Part shown: piece after piece, positions 1 through 10,302 of the stretch
Position numbering within the stretch: position 1 is the stretch's first letter
How the letters are laid out: each line of letters begins with the position of its first letter
Assembly (NCBI GenBank): GCA_963796275.1
Contig: CAWCKY010000003.1
Coordinates: 1,248,001 to 1,312,000, forward strand
Length of the DNA: 64,000 nucleotides
Reading direction: 5' to 3'
From: an uncultured Acidobacteriota bacterium
Lineage (GTDB): Bacteria > Acidobacteriota > Blastocatellia > RBC074
The notes under the pieces: generated by a model
The model's database searches: none
What the model saw: only the letters and a program-made list of their open reading frames with translations
Told to the model about the DNA's origin: nothing
Program-made: the position numbers and the translations under genes

Positions 1-569
1 ATCGTCTGCTGCAACTCGGGGTTGTCGTAGTTGAGATCCGGCTGATTGCTGAAGAACCGATGCCAATAGAATGCTTTAGATTGTTCATCCCATGACCAGT
101 TGGATCTTTCGGTATCGAGAAAAATTATCCGAGCATCGTTGTATTTATGATCGGTATCGCTCCAGACATACCATCCGCGCTTCGGTGAATCTTGCGAGGC
201 CCGGGATTCCTGGAACCACGGGTGTTGATCAGAGGTGTGATTGAGCACGAGATCGGCGATTACGCGAATGCCCCGACGATGCGCCGCTGAGAGAAAATTT
301 TGCAGATCATCCAGCGTTCCGTATTCGGGCTGGATCGCGTAATAATCGGAAATATCATAGCCACCATCCATCATGGGAGACGCATAGAAAGGCAGGAGCC
401 AGATGCAGTTCACGCCGAGCCATTCGAGATAGTCGAGCTTTTCAGTCAGACCGCGAAAATCGCCAATTCCGTCACCGGTAGCGTCATAGAAACCGCGGAC
501 ATATACAGAATAAAAAATTGCGTCTTTATACCAGAGGGGATCAGGATTGAGCGAGCCAGTCGTAGTCAT
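1..569 (-). CDS. treS: Trehalose synthase / maltose alpha-D-glucosyltransferase (GH13), 5' part; runs off the left edge
   Basis: Not in the ORF track. Manual translation from ATG at 569 gives [20 protein letters not shown]...[25 protein letters not shown], typical TreS motifs. Confidence 0.88.
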   Translation of the reverse strand, partial: MTTTGSLNPDPLWYKDAIFYSVYVRGFYDATGDGIGDFRGLTEKLDYLEWLGVNCIWLLPFYASPMMDGGYDISDYYAIQPEYGTLDDLQNFLSAAHRRGIRVIADLVLNHTSDQHPWFQESRASQDSPKRGWYVWSDTDHKYNDARIIFLDTERSNWSWDEQSKAFYWHRFFSNQPDLNYDNPELQQT

Positions 570-768
570 AAATCGGACCCCGCGCTTCAACAAAAATGTT
601 CAGACGGGAATACCGGATTTGCAATTTAACCAGAGTCTAGAAATTCCTGGCAAACTGTAAATCCCGTCTAATTTTCTCAGGGGGAAAATCTTGGGAGGGA
701 TAATCAAATAATACGATGCCGGCGGGGGGTATTCCAGAAGGTGATGGACAGCCGTGCGAACGCTTCCT

Positions 769-1284
769 CTATTGTTTTTTCTCAAACTTCAGGGAAGCGG
801 AATTGATACAGTAACGCAAGCCAGTAGGTTTCGGTCCATCATCGAAGACGTGGCCAAGATGAGCATCGCAGCGGCTGCACAGTATTTCGACGCGCCGCAT
901 CAGAAAGCTGTTATCGGCCTCGGCGGTGATGTTTTCTTTAGCAATCGGCTGCCAGAAGCTCGGCCACCCCGTCCCTGAATCGAACTTGTGTTTTGAGCTG
1001 AAAAGTTCCTGCCCACAGCAGACGCAAGCATAAACGCCTTGCTCGTGATGGTTCCAATATTCGCCCGTGAAAGCGCGCTCGGTCCCTTTCTGGCGCGTGA
1101 CTTGAAATTGCATTGGCGTCAAAAGTTGCTTCCATTCTTCTTCCTTCTTCACAATCTTCCCCCTTGATTTCGTCATTTTGCCAGCTTCTGCTCGCTTCTT
1201 CGCATTAATTGCGGACTTCGTTGTCTGAGCGAGATAGAATCCGCCCAATACTGAAAGTATGACGATGGTTGCCAATATCTTCAT
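769..1284 (-). CDS. msrB: Peptide-methionine (R)-S-oxide reductase with N-terminal signal/anchor
   Basis: GTERAFTG, CxxC Zn pairs, [23 protein letters not shown]; hydrophobic N-terminus. Confidence 0.95.
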   Translation of the reverse strand: MKILATIVILSVLGGFYLAQTTKSAINAKKRAEAGKMTKSRGKIVKKEEEWKQLLTPMQFQVTRQKGTERAFTGEYWNHHEQGVYACVCCGQELFSSKHKFDSGTGWPSFWQPIAKENITAEADNSFLMRRVEILCSRCDAHLGHVFDDGPKPTGLRYCINSASLKFEKKQ

Positions 1285-1465
1285 AATTGAACCTTATAAT
1301 CAAACCTTCAAGTGAATTTTAAAATAACACTAAAAAAACAACACTAGATTCGTTCGTTTGTAACTATAACATTCAAGAAAAGGATCACTCGAGCCTAGCA
1401 CCGAGTAGAGAAAAATAAGTCTCATTTTGAATGACTCCGCTATCTGCGTCTGCGCAGCGCAAGCG

Positions 1466-2656
1466 TTAAAACTTCGCGCTACCTTCCGCCAGGTATTTTT
1501 CATACGCCTTGGTATCGAGGATATCTCTTATTTCGGCAATGGTAGCAGTCAGCTCATCATCGGTATTGAAAAAATGCGGGCCGATGCGAATCCCGGCGCC
1601 GGGCCTGAAATCGACCAGTACATTCCGTTCGCTCAGCTCCTGAACAACTCCGCCAGCGTATGGGACGTCGATGACAACCGAGCCCCCGCGCTTCGACGCG
1701 TCGCGCGGTGAATTCACCTTCCAACCCTGCTCATCGGCCAGAGCAATCAACTTCGTCGTCTGGTTAATAGACTTGGTCCTGATCCGTTCGAGGCCGATCT
1801 CGTTGATCAGATCATAACCGCTCTCGGCGGCATAAAGAGCCGGGATCGCAGGTGAGCCGTGCAGGAAGCGGCGAACGTCAGTGGTGTAATCGATCTCCCC
1901 CGGTTCGAATGAGAAGGGAGCTCGATGGGCCATCCATCCCGTGACTTTCGGTGAGAGCGTATTACGCAATTCGGGCTTGACGTAAAGGAAGCCCGAGCCT
2001 GACCCGCCGCAGAGCCACTTCACTGAGCCGCCGGTGGCGAAATCCACGTCGAACTCCTTCACGCTGAGCGGCAGCGCACCGGCGGACTGATAAACGTCCA
2101 GGACGACGAGAGCGCCTACTCTGTGCGCCTTCTCGACTATCGCTTTAACATCCTGCAGGTAGGCGCTCTTGAAGATCACGTGCGAGATCGGGACGAGGAG
2201 CGTCTCATCGTCGATCGCGTCGACCATACGCTGCGTATCTATCGTGATGCCGTCTTCGCTCGGGACCTCGACGATCTGCGCGCCGGAGGCCCGCGCGTGC
2301 GCTTCATAGACGTACATTACCGAGGGGAAGTTCATGGCCTCGTATACGATCTTGTTGCGCTTTTGCCCGAGATCGAAGCACGAAATGATGATCGACTGGC
2401 AAACGGAGACGTTCTGATGCATCACGACCGTTCCGGGATCAGCGCCGATGATCCGTGCTACTTTATCGCCCGTGGTGATGGGCATATCCCACCAACCCTC
2501 GGCCCACGCGCGGATCCCGCGCGTCGCCCAGGCATCGGCATACTCGCGGAGACGGTCGTAGGTCCTCTCCGGCATAGCGCCGAGCGAATGGTTGATCAGG
2601 TAAATCGATTTAGAAAGAATCGGAAAATGCTTGCGATACGAGATGAGTTGGTCCAT
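1466..2656 (-). CDS. kynU: Kynureninase (PLP-dependent, aminotransferase class V)
   Basis: YLINHSLGAMP, WATRGIRAW, LDVYQSAG, GGSVKWLCGG PLP lysine, RGGSV; clustered with tryptophan dioxygenase. Confidence 0.85.
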   Translation of the reverse strand: MDQLISYRKHFPILSKSIYLINHSLGAMPERTYDRLREYADAWATRGIRAWAEGWWDMPITTGDKVARIIGADPGTVVMHQNVSVCQSIIISCFDLGQKRNKIVYEAMNFPSVMYVYEAHARASGAQIVEVPSEDGITIDTQRMVDAIDDETLLVPISHVIFKSAYLQDVKAIVEKAHRVGALVVLDVYQSAGALPLSVKEFDVDFATGGSVKWLCGGSGSGFLYVKPELRNTLSPKVTGWMAHRAPFSFEPGEIDYTTDVRRFLHGSPAIPALYAAESGYDLINEIGLERIRTKSINQTTKLIALADEQGWKVNSPRDASKRGGSVVIDVPYAGGVVQELSERNVLVDFRPGAGIRIGPHFFNTDDELTATIAEIRDILDTKAYEKYLAEGSAKF

Positions 2657-2661
2657 AGCGA

Positions 2662-3363
2662 TTATCCGCCAGGCACTTCTGCTACCTCCAGAAGAGCGAA
2701 GAAACGATCCGTATCCTCGAAGTCAGGAATGACATGTTTGGCTCCTGCGTGGGTCAGGGCCGTTGCGCGCGTTCCGCTTGCAATGCCGATGAAAGCCAGG
2801 CCCAGTGCGTTTGCCGTCTGCACATCCCAGACCCCATCGCCGATAGAGACGATGCGGTCGAAAACCCGGCGCTGGTAAAGGCTGATAGATCTCGATATGG
2901 CAGCACTGACGATGGTTTCCCGCGCGATGCCGTCCTCGGCAAATCCACCGGGCAAGCCTCCATATTCTATCGAGGCTGCGCCCAGCTTCATTTCAGCCGA
3001 TCGTTGCCAGCATCCGGTGGCAATCGCCCTGTGCCAATCGGTCTTTTGTTTCAATAAGTTGAGCATCTCCCTTGCGCCCGGGACCTCCGCGAAGTACGTG
3101 CGATCTATTTCGCAATGTTCTACGAGCAAACTGACGAGACGGTCCTTGATGAGATTTTCATCATCACTGTGTGGTGCGCGTCCGAAGCGCTGGTGAAAGA
3201 TGTGATGGACGACACCGGTGTCGCTGACGTGTGGGCAATCAGCCCAGTCCGACTCAACTACGTTAAGCTGGTGGGTCTCAGCAAGAGCGCGCGCGAAGCA
3301 GATTGAGTCGACATGGCTTGTTTGTGTCAGTGTTCCATCGATGTCGAAGATTACAAGTTTCAT
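2662..3363 (-). CDS. HAD-superfamily hydrolase
   Basis: FDIDGTL motif I, ATG motif II, IGDGVWD motif IV. Confidence 0.88.
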   Translation of the reverse strand: MKLVIFDIDGTLTQTSHVDSICFARALAETHQLNVVESDWADCPHVSDTGVVHHIFHQRFGRAPHSDDENLIKDRLVSLLVEHCEIDRTYFAEVPGAREMLNLLKQKTDWHRAIATGCWQRSAEMKLGAASIEYGGLPGGFAEDGIARETIVSAAISRSISLYQRRVFDRIVSIGDGVWDVQTANALGLAFIGIASGTRATALTHAGAKHVIPDFEDTDRFFALLEVAEVPGG

Positions 3364-3394
3364 GTATTTCTTCTCGTGTGTATTCTCTATTTTT

Positions 3395-4237
3395 CTACGA
3401 TTCGGTCAACAGAGATCTGGCAGCCCACAGTTCGGGAAAGAATTTCTTGTCGAGGGTAACTTTTAGATAGGATGCCCCGCCGCTGCCGCCTGTCCCCGTC
3501 TTCACGCCGATCGTACGCTCAACCATCTGAATATGCCGCAGGCGCCACCCGACAGTCAACTCGTCGAATTCGGTGAGCCGTTCGCAGAGATCGATCCAAT
3601 CGCGATGTCCCCGTTCATCATTGTAGATCGCCATAATCCCGCGCGAGCGCGCCTCAAACCTCTCCTGCTCGGTCGCGCCGGGGTCGAGCTCGGGGATCAC
3701 GCCCAGCGAAGTCAACGCATCGAAGAATACGTCGCGCAGCGAAGGTTCGCGCAGCCGCCGCTCGAGCTGGGCGTGCATCTCCGGGCCCGGTTCGTGATAA
3801 CGCAGCATCTTTTCGTCCTTCAGCCCGCAGAGGAACTCGATCTCGCGAAATTGTTCCGACTGAAAGCCGCTCGCCGGGCGCAGCTTGCTGCGGAATGCCA
3901 TGAAATGAGTCGGCAGCATCGTCTCGAGGATCGTGAACTGCTCCACCAGCACCCGCGCGATCTCCGTACAGCGCCGTAAGAGGCGCGCGGACTCGTAGAC
4001 TTCATCGCGGGATTCCGGATGCGACGCCGCGGCTCGCAGATTGGCGATCACCGCATCAAGTTCGTGTAATAGTTGTTTGAACCAGAGCTCATATGTCTGA
4101 TGAATGATGATGAACAGCATTTCATCGTGATGGCTTGGCTCGGATTGCGGGCGCTGTAAATCGATCAGATCGGCAACGCGCAGGTATTCGCCATAGGTTA
4201 ACTGTTTTGAACTGGCTGGTTCTGTTTGTTCCGACAT
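3395..4237 (-). CDS. kynA: Tryptophan 2,3-dioxygenase
   Basis: TYGEYL, HDEMLFIIIHQTYELWFK, ASGFQS, MVERTIGVKTGTGGSGG. Confidence 0.95.
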   Translation of the reverse strand: MSEQTEPASSKQLTYGEYLRVADLIDLQRPQSEPSHHDEMLFIIIHQTYELWFKQLLHELDAVIANLRAAASHPESRDEVYESARLLRRCTEIARVLVEQFTILETMLPTHFMAFRSKLRPASGFQSEQFREIEFLCGLKDEKMLRYHEPGPEMHAQLERRLREPSLRDVFFDALTSLGVIPELDPGATEQERFEARSRGIMAIYNDERGHRDWIDLCERLTEFDELTVGWRLRHIQMVERTIGVKTGTGGSGGASYLKVTLDKKFFPELWAARSLLTES

Positions 4238-4275
4238 CGTATAACCCTAATTATATGAAGAATCATCCCAAAACA

Positions 4276-4380
4276 AAATCCAGTTTTCAGTTTTCATTTT
4301 TAGTTTAGAGTTCCACATATTATGGAAAACTCGAGAACTAAAAACTAAAAACCAAAATCTAAAAACTGAAAACTGGATTT
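4276..4380. repeat. Heptamer-array inverted repeat (TTTTCAG / CTGAAAA family)
   Basis: Perfect outer stem AAATCCAGTTTTCAGTTTT ... AAAACTGAAAACTGGATTT with degenerate 7-mer units inside. Confidence 0.85.
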
Positions 4381-5356
4381 ACAGAATCGTCTTCAACGTC
4401 GACAGGCTGATATTCGCGCCGCATATCACAATAACGACATTCTGATTACGGTACGATTCTTGCATTTTCAGAAATCCGGCGATCGCGACGCCGGCAGAGC
4501 CCTCGATCAGCATATGATGGGTTTCGATGAATCGCCGCATAGCTTCGGCGATCTCCTCTTCGGATAGCAGAACGTAGTCGTCAACCAGATTGCGGCAGAG
4601 ATCGAATGTGATCGCGCCTCGTTCGAATCCGCCGGCCGTGCCATCCGAAAGCGTCGGCAAAGGGTCGAACTCAACGAACTTTCCTGCTTTAACCGAGAGG
4701 GCCATCTCTGGTGAATTCTCGGCCAGGCAGCCGATGATCGAGAGAGGATTCGGGAGTTGCGATTTCAGATAGCACGCGATGCCTGAGATCAATCCGCCGC
4801 CACCCACAGACGCAAACAGAGCATCGATCCGCGGGGATTGGCGTGCCACTTCTCTTCCGATCGTCCCTTGACCGGCGATGACAGCGGGATCGTTGTACGC
4901 TGAGATGTAGGTGAGCCCCTCCCGCTCGGCATATTGACGGGCGAAATTTTCCGTCTCGAGGCAACTCGATCCGTGGACGCGCGTCTCGGCTCCCAATCTT
5001 TCGATGGCAGCTACTTTGGCCGGAGCGGCATTTTCGGGTACGAAAATGATGCCGGGTCGATTCAGCGCGTGCAATCCGAAGGCCACGCCAGCGCCGTGAT
5101 TCCCCGTAGAGGCAGTGATCACCGGGCGAGTCGTCTGCCCATCATTGAGCGTGAGCAGTTTATTCATAGCGCCCCGCAGCTTGAATGAACCGGTATGCTG
5201 CAGATTCTCAAGCTTCAGCCAGACATGCGCCTGCGTGAGCTGACTGAGGTAGACGGAATATTCGAGCGGGGTTTCTTTAATGTAGGGCCGGATGCGTTCT
5301 TCGGCCTCAATGACTTCGTCGTAAGGTTTAATCAAAGTTGCGTCATCGCCTCTCAT
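4379..5356 (-). CDS. Threonine/serine dehydratase (PLP fold type II)
   Basis: LKLENLQHTGSFKLRGA, ASTGNHG, VGGGGL, ICGAN; ATG at 5356 overlaps the upstream stop. Confidence 0.9.
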   Translation of the reverse strand: MRGDDATLIKPYDEVIEAEERIRPYIKETPLEYSVYLSQLTQAHVWLKLENLQHTGSFKLRGAMNKLLTLNDGQTTRPVITASTGNHGAGVAFGLHALNRPGIIFVPENAAPAKVAAIERLGAETRVHGSSCLETENFARQYAEREGLTYISAYNDPAVIAGQGTIGREVARQSPRIDALFASVGGGGLISGIACYLKSQLPNPLSIIGCLAENSPEMALSVKAGKFVEFDPLPTLSDGTAGGFERGAITFDLCRNLVDDYVLLSEEEIAEAMRRFIETHHMLIEGSAGVAIAGFLKMQESYRNQNVVIVICGANISLSTLKTIL

Positions 5357-6494
5357 ATTTATAAACAACGCCCTGAGTGCCGACTACCCAGCCGCAATCC
5401 GGCGCGATGAAAAAAAGCCTGGTGAGATTGGCGTGCGTCTCGAGCTGCGTTCCTTCCCACGTGATGCCCCCATCCAATGTCTGCAATAGCACACCCTGGT
5501 TCCCGGCGATCCATCCTGCATTGGGGCTGACGAAAAAGACATCGTTCAGGCCTTCGGTAATGTTTGAGGTCTGTCTCTGCCAGCTTCTGCCACCGTCGTT
5601 CGTTGCAATGATAACCCCGTTCGAGCCGACCGCCCAACCGCGCCTCGAGTCGACGAAATAGACGCTCCGGAGGGCATCCGTAACGCCCGAAACCCGTTCT
5701 TCCCAGATTTGCCCGCCGTTGGTTGTCTGTAATACCGTGCCACCGGCGCCGACGATCCACGCCTGTTTGGTATCGACCGCCATCACGTCATAGAACAACT
5801 TCTTCGACTCGGTGTACTGTAAGCTCCAATGAGCGCCGCCGTCTCTGGTTGTCTGGATCGTCCCCGATTCGCCACAGGCCCATCCCACATTTTCATCTGC
5901 GAAGAACATACGTACCATCACCGGTTCGGGGGTGCGAAGCGTCTCTTGATAACTGTCAGTCTCTTTTGGCTGAGCCTTACCCGACTCATCAACTGTGACC
6001 CTGCCGGTGGCCTTGTCCGGTCTTCTCCACGGCTGGCGAGCCAGCAAACCATCGCTCCAGCTCTGCCCGCGATCGGAGCTGAGCAGAAGGAAAGTACGGT
6101 CCGTGATATTGTACGCACCTCTGGGGCTGAACGAGCCAAATTCGCCGATCAGACAGAGGCCGGGTTCCTTTTCATTTTCCTTTTCTTTAAATGCCCAAAG
6201 GTCGCGGATCATCTCTTTTTTCTGTCGCTCGGGCAGAGATGGAACACGGTCCCATCTCCATCCTCCATCCTCCGTCGCCAACAGCGAACCGTTGCTGCCG
6301 GCTATCCAGCCTCTCCGGCGATCGAGGAAGAAGACCGTGGTGAAGCGGGTGAAACTGCCGCTCTTCTGCCTCATCCATTCGTACTCATCGCTGGTACGGT
6401 GATTTATGGCGGAAAGAGTGATTTGCGGCAGCCAGAACCCTCCCAGCGAGATGAGCGCGATGATCAGCGGGATGGCCAGCGGGATTCGTCTCAT
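5343..6494 (-). CDS. YCF48/BNR (Asp-box) beta-propeller exported protein
   Basis: Repeated T-x-D-G-G-x-x-W boxes and GW-x-x-G-x-x-G; signal peptide from MRRIPL; AAGGAGG RBS upstream of 6494. Confidence 0.85.
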   Translation of the reverse strand: MRRIPLAIPLIIALISLGGFWLPQITLSAINHRTSDEYEWMRQKSGSFTRFTTVFFLDRRRGWIAGSNGSLLATEDGGWRWDRVPSLPERQKKEMIRDLWAFKEKENEKEPGLCLIGEFGSFSPRGAYNITDRTFLLLSSDRGQSWSDGLLARQPWRRPDKATGRVTVDESGKAQPKETDSYQETLRTPEPVMVRMFFADENVGWACGESGTIQTTRDGGAHWSLQYTESKKLFYDVMAVDTKQAWIVGAGGTVLQTTNGGQIWEERVSGVTDALRSVYFVDSRRGWAVGSNGVIIATNDGGRSWQRQTSNITEGLNDVFFVSPNAGWIAGNQGVLLQTLDGGITWEGTQLETHANLTRLFFIAPDCGWVVGTQGVVYKYERR

Positions 6495-6555
6495 TTTCCC
6501 TCCTTCTTTGATCTCTCGAAGCATCAGCGGCATGAATAACTCCTCTGGAATAGAA

Positions 6556-6615
6556 ACCACGAAAAACGAAGAACGAAGAGAATAAATAGCTTCATTCTCT
6601 TCGTTGCTTCGTGGG
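6556..6615. repeat. ACCACGAA...TTCGTGG type palindrome
   Basis: AACGAAGAGAAT/ATTCTCTTCGTT inner stem; shares TCTTCGTTKCTTCGTGG with 30675 and 53825. Confidence 0.75.
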
Positions 6616-6676
6616 TCTTTTCATTGTTCCGGTCGTCTTAAAGCGACCTCCAATTGTAACCTATACTCCCGAACGA

Positions 6677-7597
6677 TCATTGGGCGAGGACGCGAGTCCA
6701 GGCCGCAACGTAGATGATATTGATGATCCGATCGATCGCCTTTTGAGCATTGCTCGGAATGACCACCATATCTCCCGGGACGAGGAAAACATCTTCCGCA
6801 CTGCCCTTTTCTATTTCTTTGACGTTTACCTTGATCGGCACCGGTTGACTGCCCGGCTGGTTGCGGAGGATGGTGACCTCCGAACTCTTGCCATATCTTG
6901 AGAAATAACCGGCTCGGGCGATCCCCTCAGTCACAGTCATGCGCCGTTGCATCTCGTAGATGCCGGGCGCATTGACGTTTCCAACTACGAGGAACTTCAA
7001 GCTATGAACCTGGTTCACCTGCACCGTCACTTTCGGATCGATGATGTATTCGATCAACCTCTCGGTGATCTCTTTCTCTATCTCGTCGGTAGTGCGGCCG
7101 GCGACCATGATCTGGCCGATCAGCGGGTAATTGATCTTGCCGTTGGGGGGGACTGTGATGTTCGACCGCGTATAGAGCGGTTGATCGAAAACATCGACCG
7201 TGATGATATCCTCAGGCCCAAGTCTGAGAGTGACGTAGAAATTGTTGATATATGGCAATATCGCCGCCTCGGCTTCGGATGAGTCTTCGCGGCGCAATGC
7301 ATTGCGCTCCTCATCGGTCAGTACCTTTGACGGAGTCGCGCTCGCGGTCTTCTTTTTAGTTGCAGTTTTAGTTGCAGTTGCCGCGGGAGCGACTTTCTCA
7401 TTCTTAACCGCCGGGGTCGAGTCGTCTATTGGCTTCTCAGATACCAACTCTTTTTTCGCCTGCTGTTCCTGCTCCTTCGTCTGCTCGGATTTCGGTTCCT
7501 GAGCGAAGACATTATTCAGAGGTACTATCAGAAGAGTTACGAGAAGATAAAAATGCCAACTTCGATGCCGTTTATTCAATTTCACGGAAATCATCAC
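6677..7597 (-). CDS. Polysaccharide export protein (Wza/Poly_export + SLBB)
   Basis: LGPEDIITVDVF, VPPNGKINYPLIG, VVGNVNAPG, LVPGD; signal peptide. Confidence 0.9.
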   Translation of the reverse strand: MMISVKLNKRHRSWHFYLLVTLLIVPLNNVFAQEPKSEQTKEQEQQAKKELVSEKPIDDSTPAVKNEKVAPAATATKTATKKKTASATPSKVLTDEERNALRREDSSEAEAAILPYINNFYVTLRLGPEDIITVDVFDQPLYTRSNITVPPNGKINYPLIGQIMVAGRTTDEIEKEITERLIEYIIDPKVTVQVNQVHSLKFLVVGNVNAPGIYEMQRRMTVTEGIARAGYFSRYGKSSEVTILRNQPGSQPVPIKVNVKEIEKGSAEDVFLVPGDMVVIPSNAQKAIDRIINIIYVAAWTRVLAQ

Positions 7598-7692
7598 AAC
7601 CTCCCGTGCCTCATATTATTTGCCTGATGTTTACTGCGATTTTCCTTGCCAGTCAGCAATGAAGCTATATACCAAAGAAAACGCAATATTGC

Positions 7693-9162
7693 TTATCTGC
7701 CGTACCCGAAAAGTACTGTCTTTATCGATCGGAACATTATCCAGATATCGAACATGAGAGAGACGTTTTTGATGTAATAGAGATCGTATTGCAATTTCTG
7801 GATGGCGTCGTCGATCGACGAGCCATAGCCGTAATTAACTTGCGCCCATCCGGTCAATCCGGGTTCGACGAGATGGCGCTGCGTATAAAAGGGGATCTGC
7901 TCGGTCAGCTGCGTGACGAAATACGGCCGTTCCGCGCGCGGGCCGACGAAGCTCATCTCTCCCCGCAGGATGTTGATAAATTGCGGTATCTCGTCGACGC
8001 GCGTCTTGCGCATGAAGTTTCCGATGCGCGTGATGCGCGGATCTCGTTCCGCCGCCCACTGCGGAGTGCCGTCTTTCTCCGCGTCCTGCCGCATCGAACG
8101 GAATTTGATGATCTTGAAGAGCCGGCCGTTTTTTCCGACGCGTTCCTGCATATAAAAAATCGGACCCCGCGATTCAAGTTTGATTGCGAGGGCCGCCAGA
8201 ACCGCGATAGGGAAGGAAAACACGATAGCGATCAAGGCCATTGCCACGTTGAAGATACGCCGCATTGTGTTCCAAACCGGCGTCCGCTTGCTTCCGCCGG
8301 AAAAGATGAGCCAGCTCGGCCGCAACATATCGACGCTGATCTTTCCCGTCAGCTTCTCGTAAAGTGAAGTTCCTTCTTCAATCGCCGCCAAACCTTCCAG
8401 ACGGATCTTCAGCAACTGGTCGACCGGCAGAAAACCGCGCCGATCCTGTAAGGCGACGACCACCCGGTCTACCTTCTCCTCTTCGATGATTCGGCTTAAA
8501 TCTGCGACGACGCCGAGCACCTTCGGGTTGAAGAGGCTCTGTCCGACCAGCTTCGGATCGTCGGCGGCGAAACCGACGATATTGTATCCGAGGTCGCGGC
8601 GCCTCATCGCTTCGCGAGCCACCTCGATCGCCAGATTATCGGTACCGACGATCAGAATGCGCTCGCCGAGTCGCGGATGACGCAACAGCCAGTGAATCAT
8701 CAGTCGCCAGCAGATCATCAGCCCGAGCGCCAGGATCAGTGCGATTATGGGCAATCCATTATTGTATTGTCCCAGCCCCTTCCCCGGACCTGCCTGCAAA
8801 TACCAGGGGAGCGATGCCAGGCGCAGTCCGAAGATCGTCGCCATCACCACGATCACCGCACCGGAAGCCTGAAACAGGTCCATCAGCAGCTCACGGCGCA
8901 AACGCGGTTTCGAGAGTTCATACAGATCGAATAGGTAGAATATGAATTGCGCGACGAAAGTGGTGAACGCGACTTTGTATATTCCGCGTTCCTGGTAAAG
9001 CATATATTCGAACTCCTCTCCGAACCGGAGATAGAGACCAAGCAGGACTACGGAGAAAATAATTCCGGTCTCAACCACAAGAACGGTAAGCGTCTTTAGC
9101 CATACATCTCGGCCTAGCATAGGGTGTTTTCGGCTGAACGTTATGTGACGGATGTGTTCCAC
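7693..9162 (-). CDS. Priming sugar transferase (polyprenyl glycosylphosphotransferase), PEP-CTERM/XrtA-locus type
   Basis: TM helices, ILIVGT CoA-binding-like domain, KFRSMRQDAE, DEIPQF, GEMSFVGPR, YDLYYIKN. Confidence 0.92.
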   Translation of the reverse strand: MEHIRHITFSRKHPMLGRDVWLKTLTVLVVETGIIFSVVLLGLYLRFGEEFEYMLYQERGIYKVAFTTFVAQFIFYLFDLYELSKPRLRRELLMDLFQASGAVIVVMATIFGLRLASLPWYLQAGPGKGLGQYNNGLPIIALILALGLMICWRLMIHWLLRHPRLGERILIVGTDNLAIEVAREAMRRRDLGYNIVGFAADDPKLVGQSLFNPKVLGVVADLSRIIEEEKVDRVVVALQDRRGFLPVDQLLKIRLEGLAAIEEGTSLYEKLTGKISVDMLRPSWLIFSGGSKRTPVWNTMRRIFNVAMALIAIVFSFPIAVLAALAIKLESRGPIFYMQERVGKNGRLFKIIKFRSMRQDAEKDGTPQWAAERDPRITRIGNFMRKTRVDEIPQFINILRGEMSFVGPRAERPYFVTQLTEQIPFYTQRHLVEPGLTGWAQVNYGYGSSIDDAIQKLQYDLYYIKNVSLMFDIWIMFRSIKTVLFGYGR

Positions 9163-9177
9163 CCTGATCTCATAACT

Positions 9178-10267
9178 TCAGTTCCTCCTTCTATTTTTTT
9201 TTCTTATTCGGTTTGCGATCTTCTCTTGCAGGGTGCGGGGCTCTTCTTTCCGCCGCCCGGAGTAATAATAGTAATCGTAATAACCCGACTCCCTCATATG
9301 TTCTGCGCCGTTGAGCACTATTCCGAGGATGCGCCGGCGCGACAGAGCTTCGATCGCTTTTTCGACCGTCTCGTAAGGAGCTACTCCCGCGCGGATCACC
9401 AGGATGACAGCATCGGATTGACTGGCGAGCAGCCGGGAATCGGCGAATGGGATCACCGGCGGCGAATCGAGCAGAATGAAATCGAAATATTCGCGAAGTT
9501 GCCCGAGCATCTCGCCGAGACGCTCGCTCGACAGCATCTCCGTCGGATTTTTCGCTTCTTCGGTCACCGGCAGGACGTAAAGTCCCAGCTCATTGATGCA
9601 GATCATCGAGCTGAAGAGATCGCGCTCGCCGCTCAACACATCATTCAGTCCGCCCGCCGGTTGAATCGCGAGATACGAGGAAAAACTCGGCCGGCGCAGA
9701 TCGCCTTCGATCACCAGAATCCGGCGTTCCCTCGATTGCGCGATTGAGAGCGCGAGGTTGAGCAGGGTCGACGTCTTTCCTTCGTCGGCAACAGCGCTGG
9801 TCACGGTCACGATCTGCGTCCGTCCGGTTTCAGCTGCGTGGAATAGCTCGGTGCGCAGAGTGCGGAATTGCTCGCACTCCGCCGCATGCGGGTCGGTCAA
9901 TAGGACCAGGCGGGGATGGATGCGCGCCTGGTCGAGCTCGATCGTGAAAATGTCTTGCGGAAGTCGTGCCAAAGCCGGTTTCTTCGATTGAAATGGCGGA
10001 GCGCCGACCTCAGGAGCGGCGTCAACTCGGGCCTGGCCGTTTGCACTCCGCGCTTGGTCGAAGTCCTTCAATGACGGCGAATAAATGCCGCCCGCTTCTC
10101 CGACAGTCGAATCGAATGATGGGATGATCGCTCCTTCATCAGATCGCGGCTCTTCCGGCGAGCCGATAGAAGTTGTGCCCGCTTGAACCTCGAGAGGATC
10201 TCGACTCGAGAATCTTCTTGTTTTCTTTTTGTAGATGGCGCTGGAGCGCTTCAAAGACTCTGCTCAT
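9178..10267 (-). CDS. CpsD/CapB-family BY tyrosine kinase; N-terminus apparently frameshifted
   Basis: EQFRTLRT, TSAVADEGKT Walker A, EGDLRRP, DSPP, C-terminal YYDYYYY cluster in ORF 9178-10254; MSRVFEALQR begins at ATG 10267 in another frame. Confidence 0.85.
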
Positions 10268-10302
10268 ACTAGTAATGACTGGGACGATTCGCCCCTTTTA
10301 AA

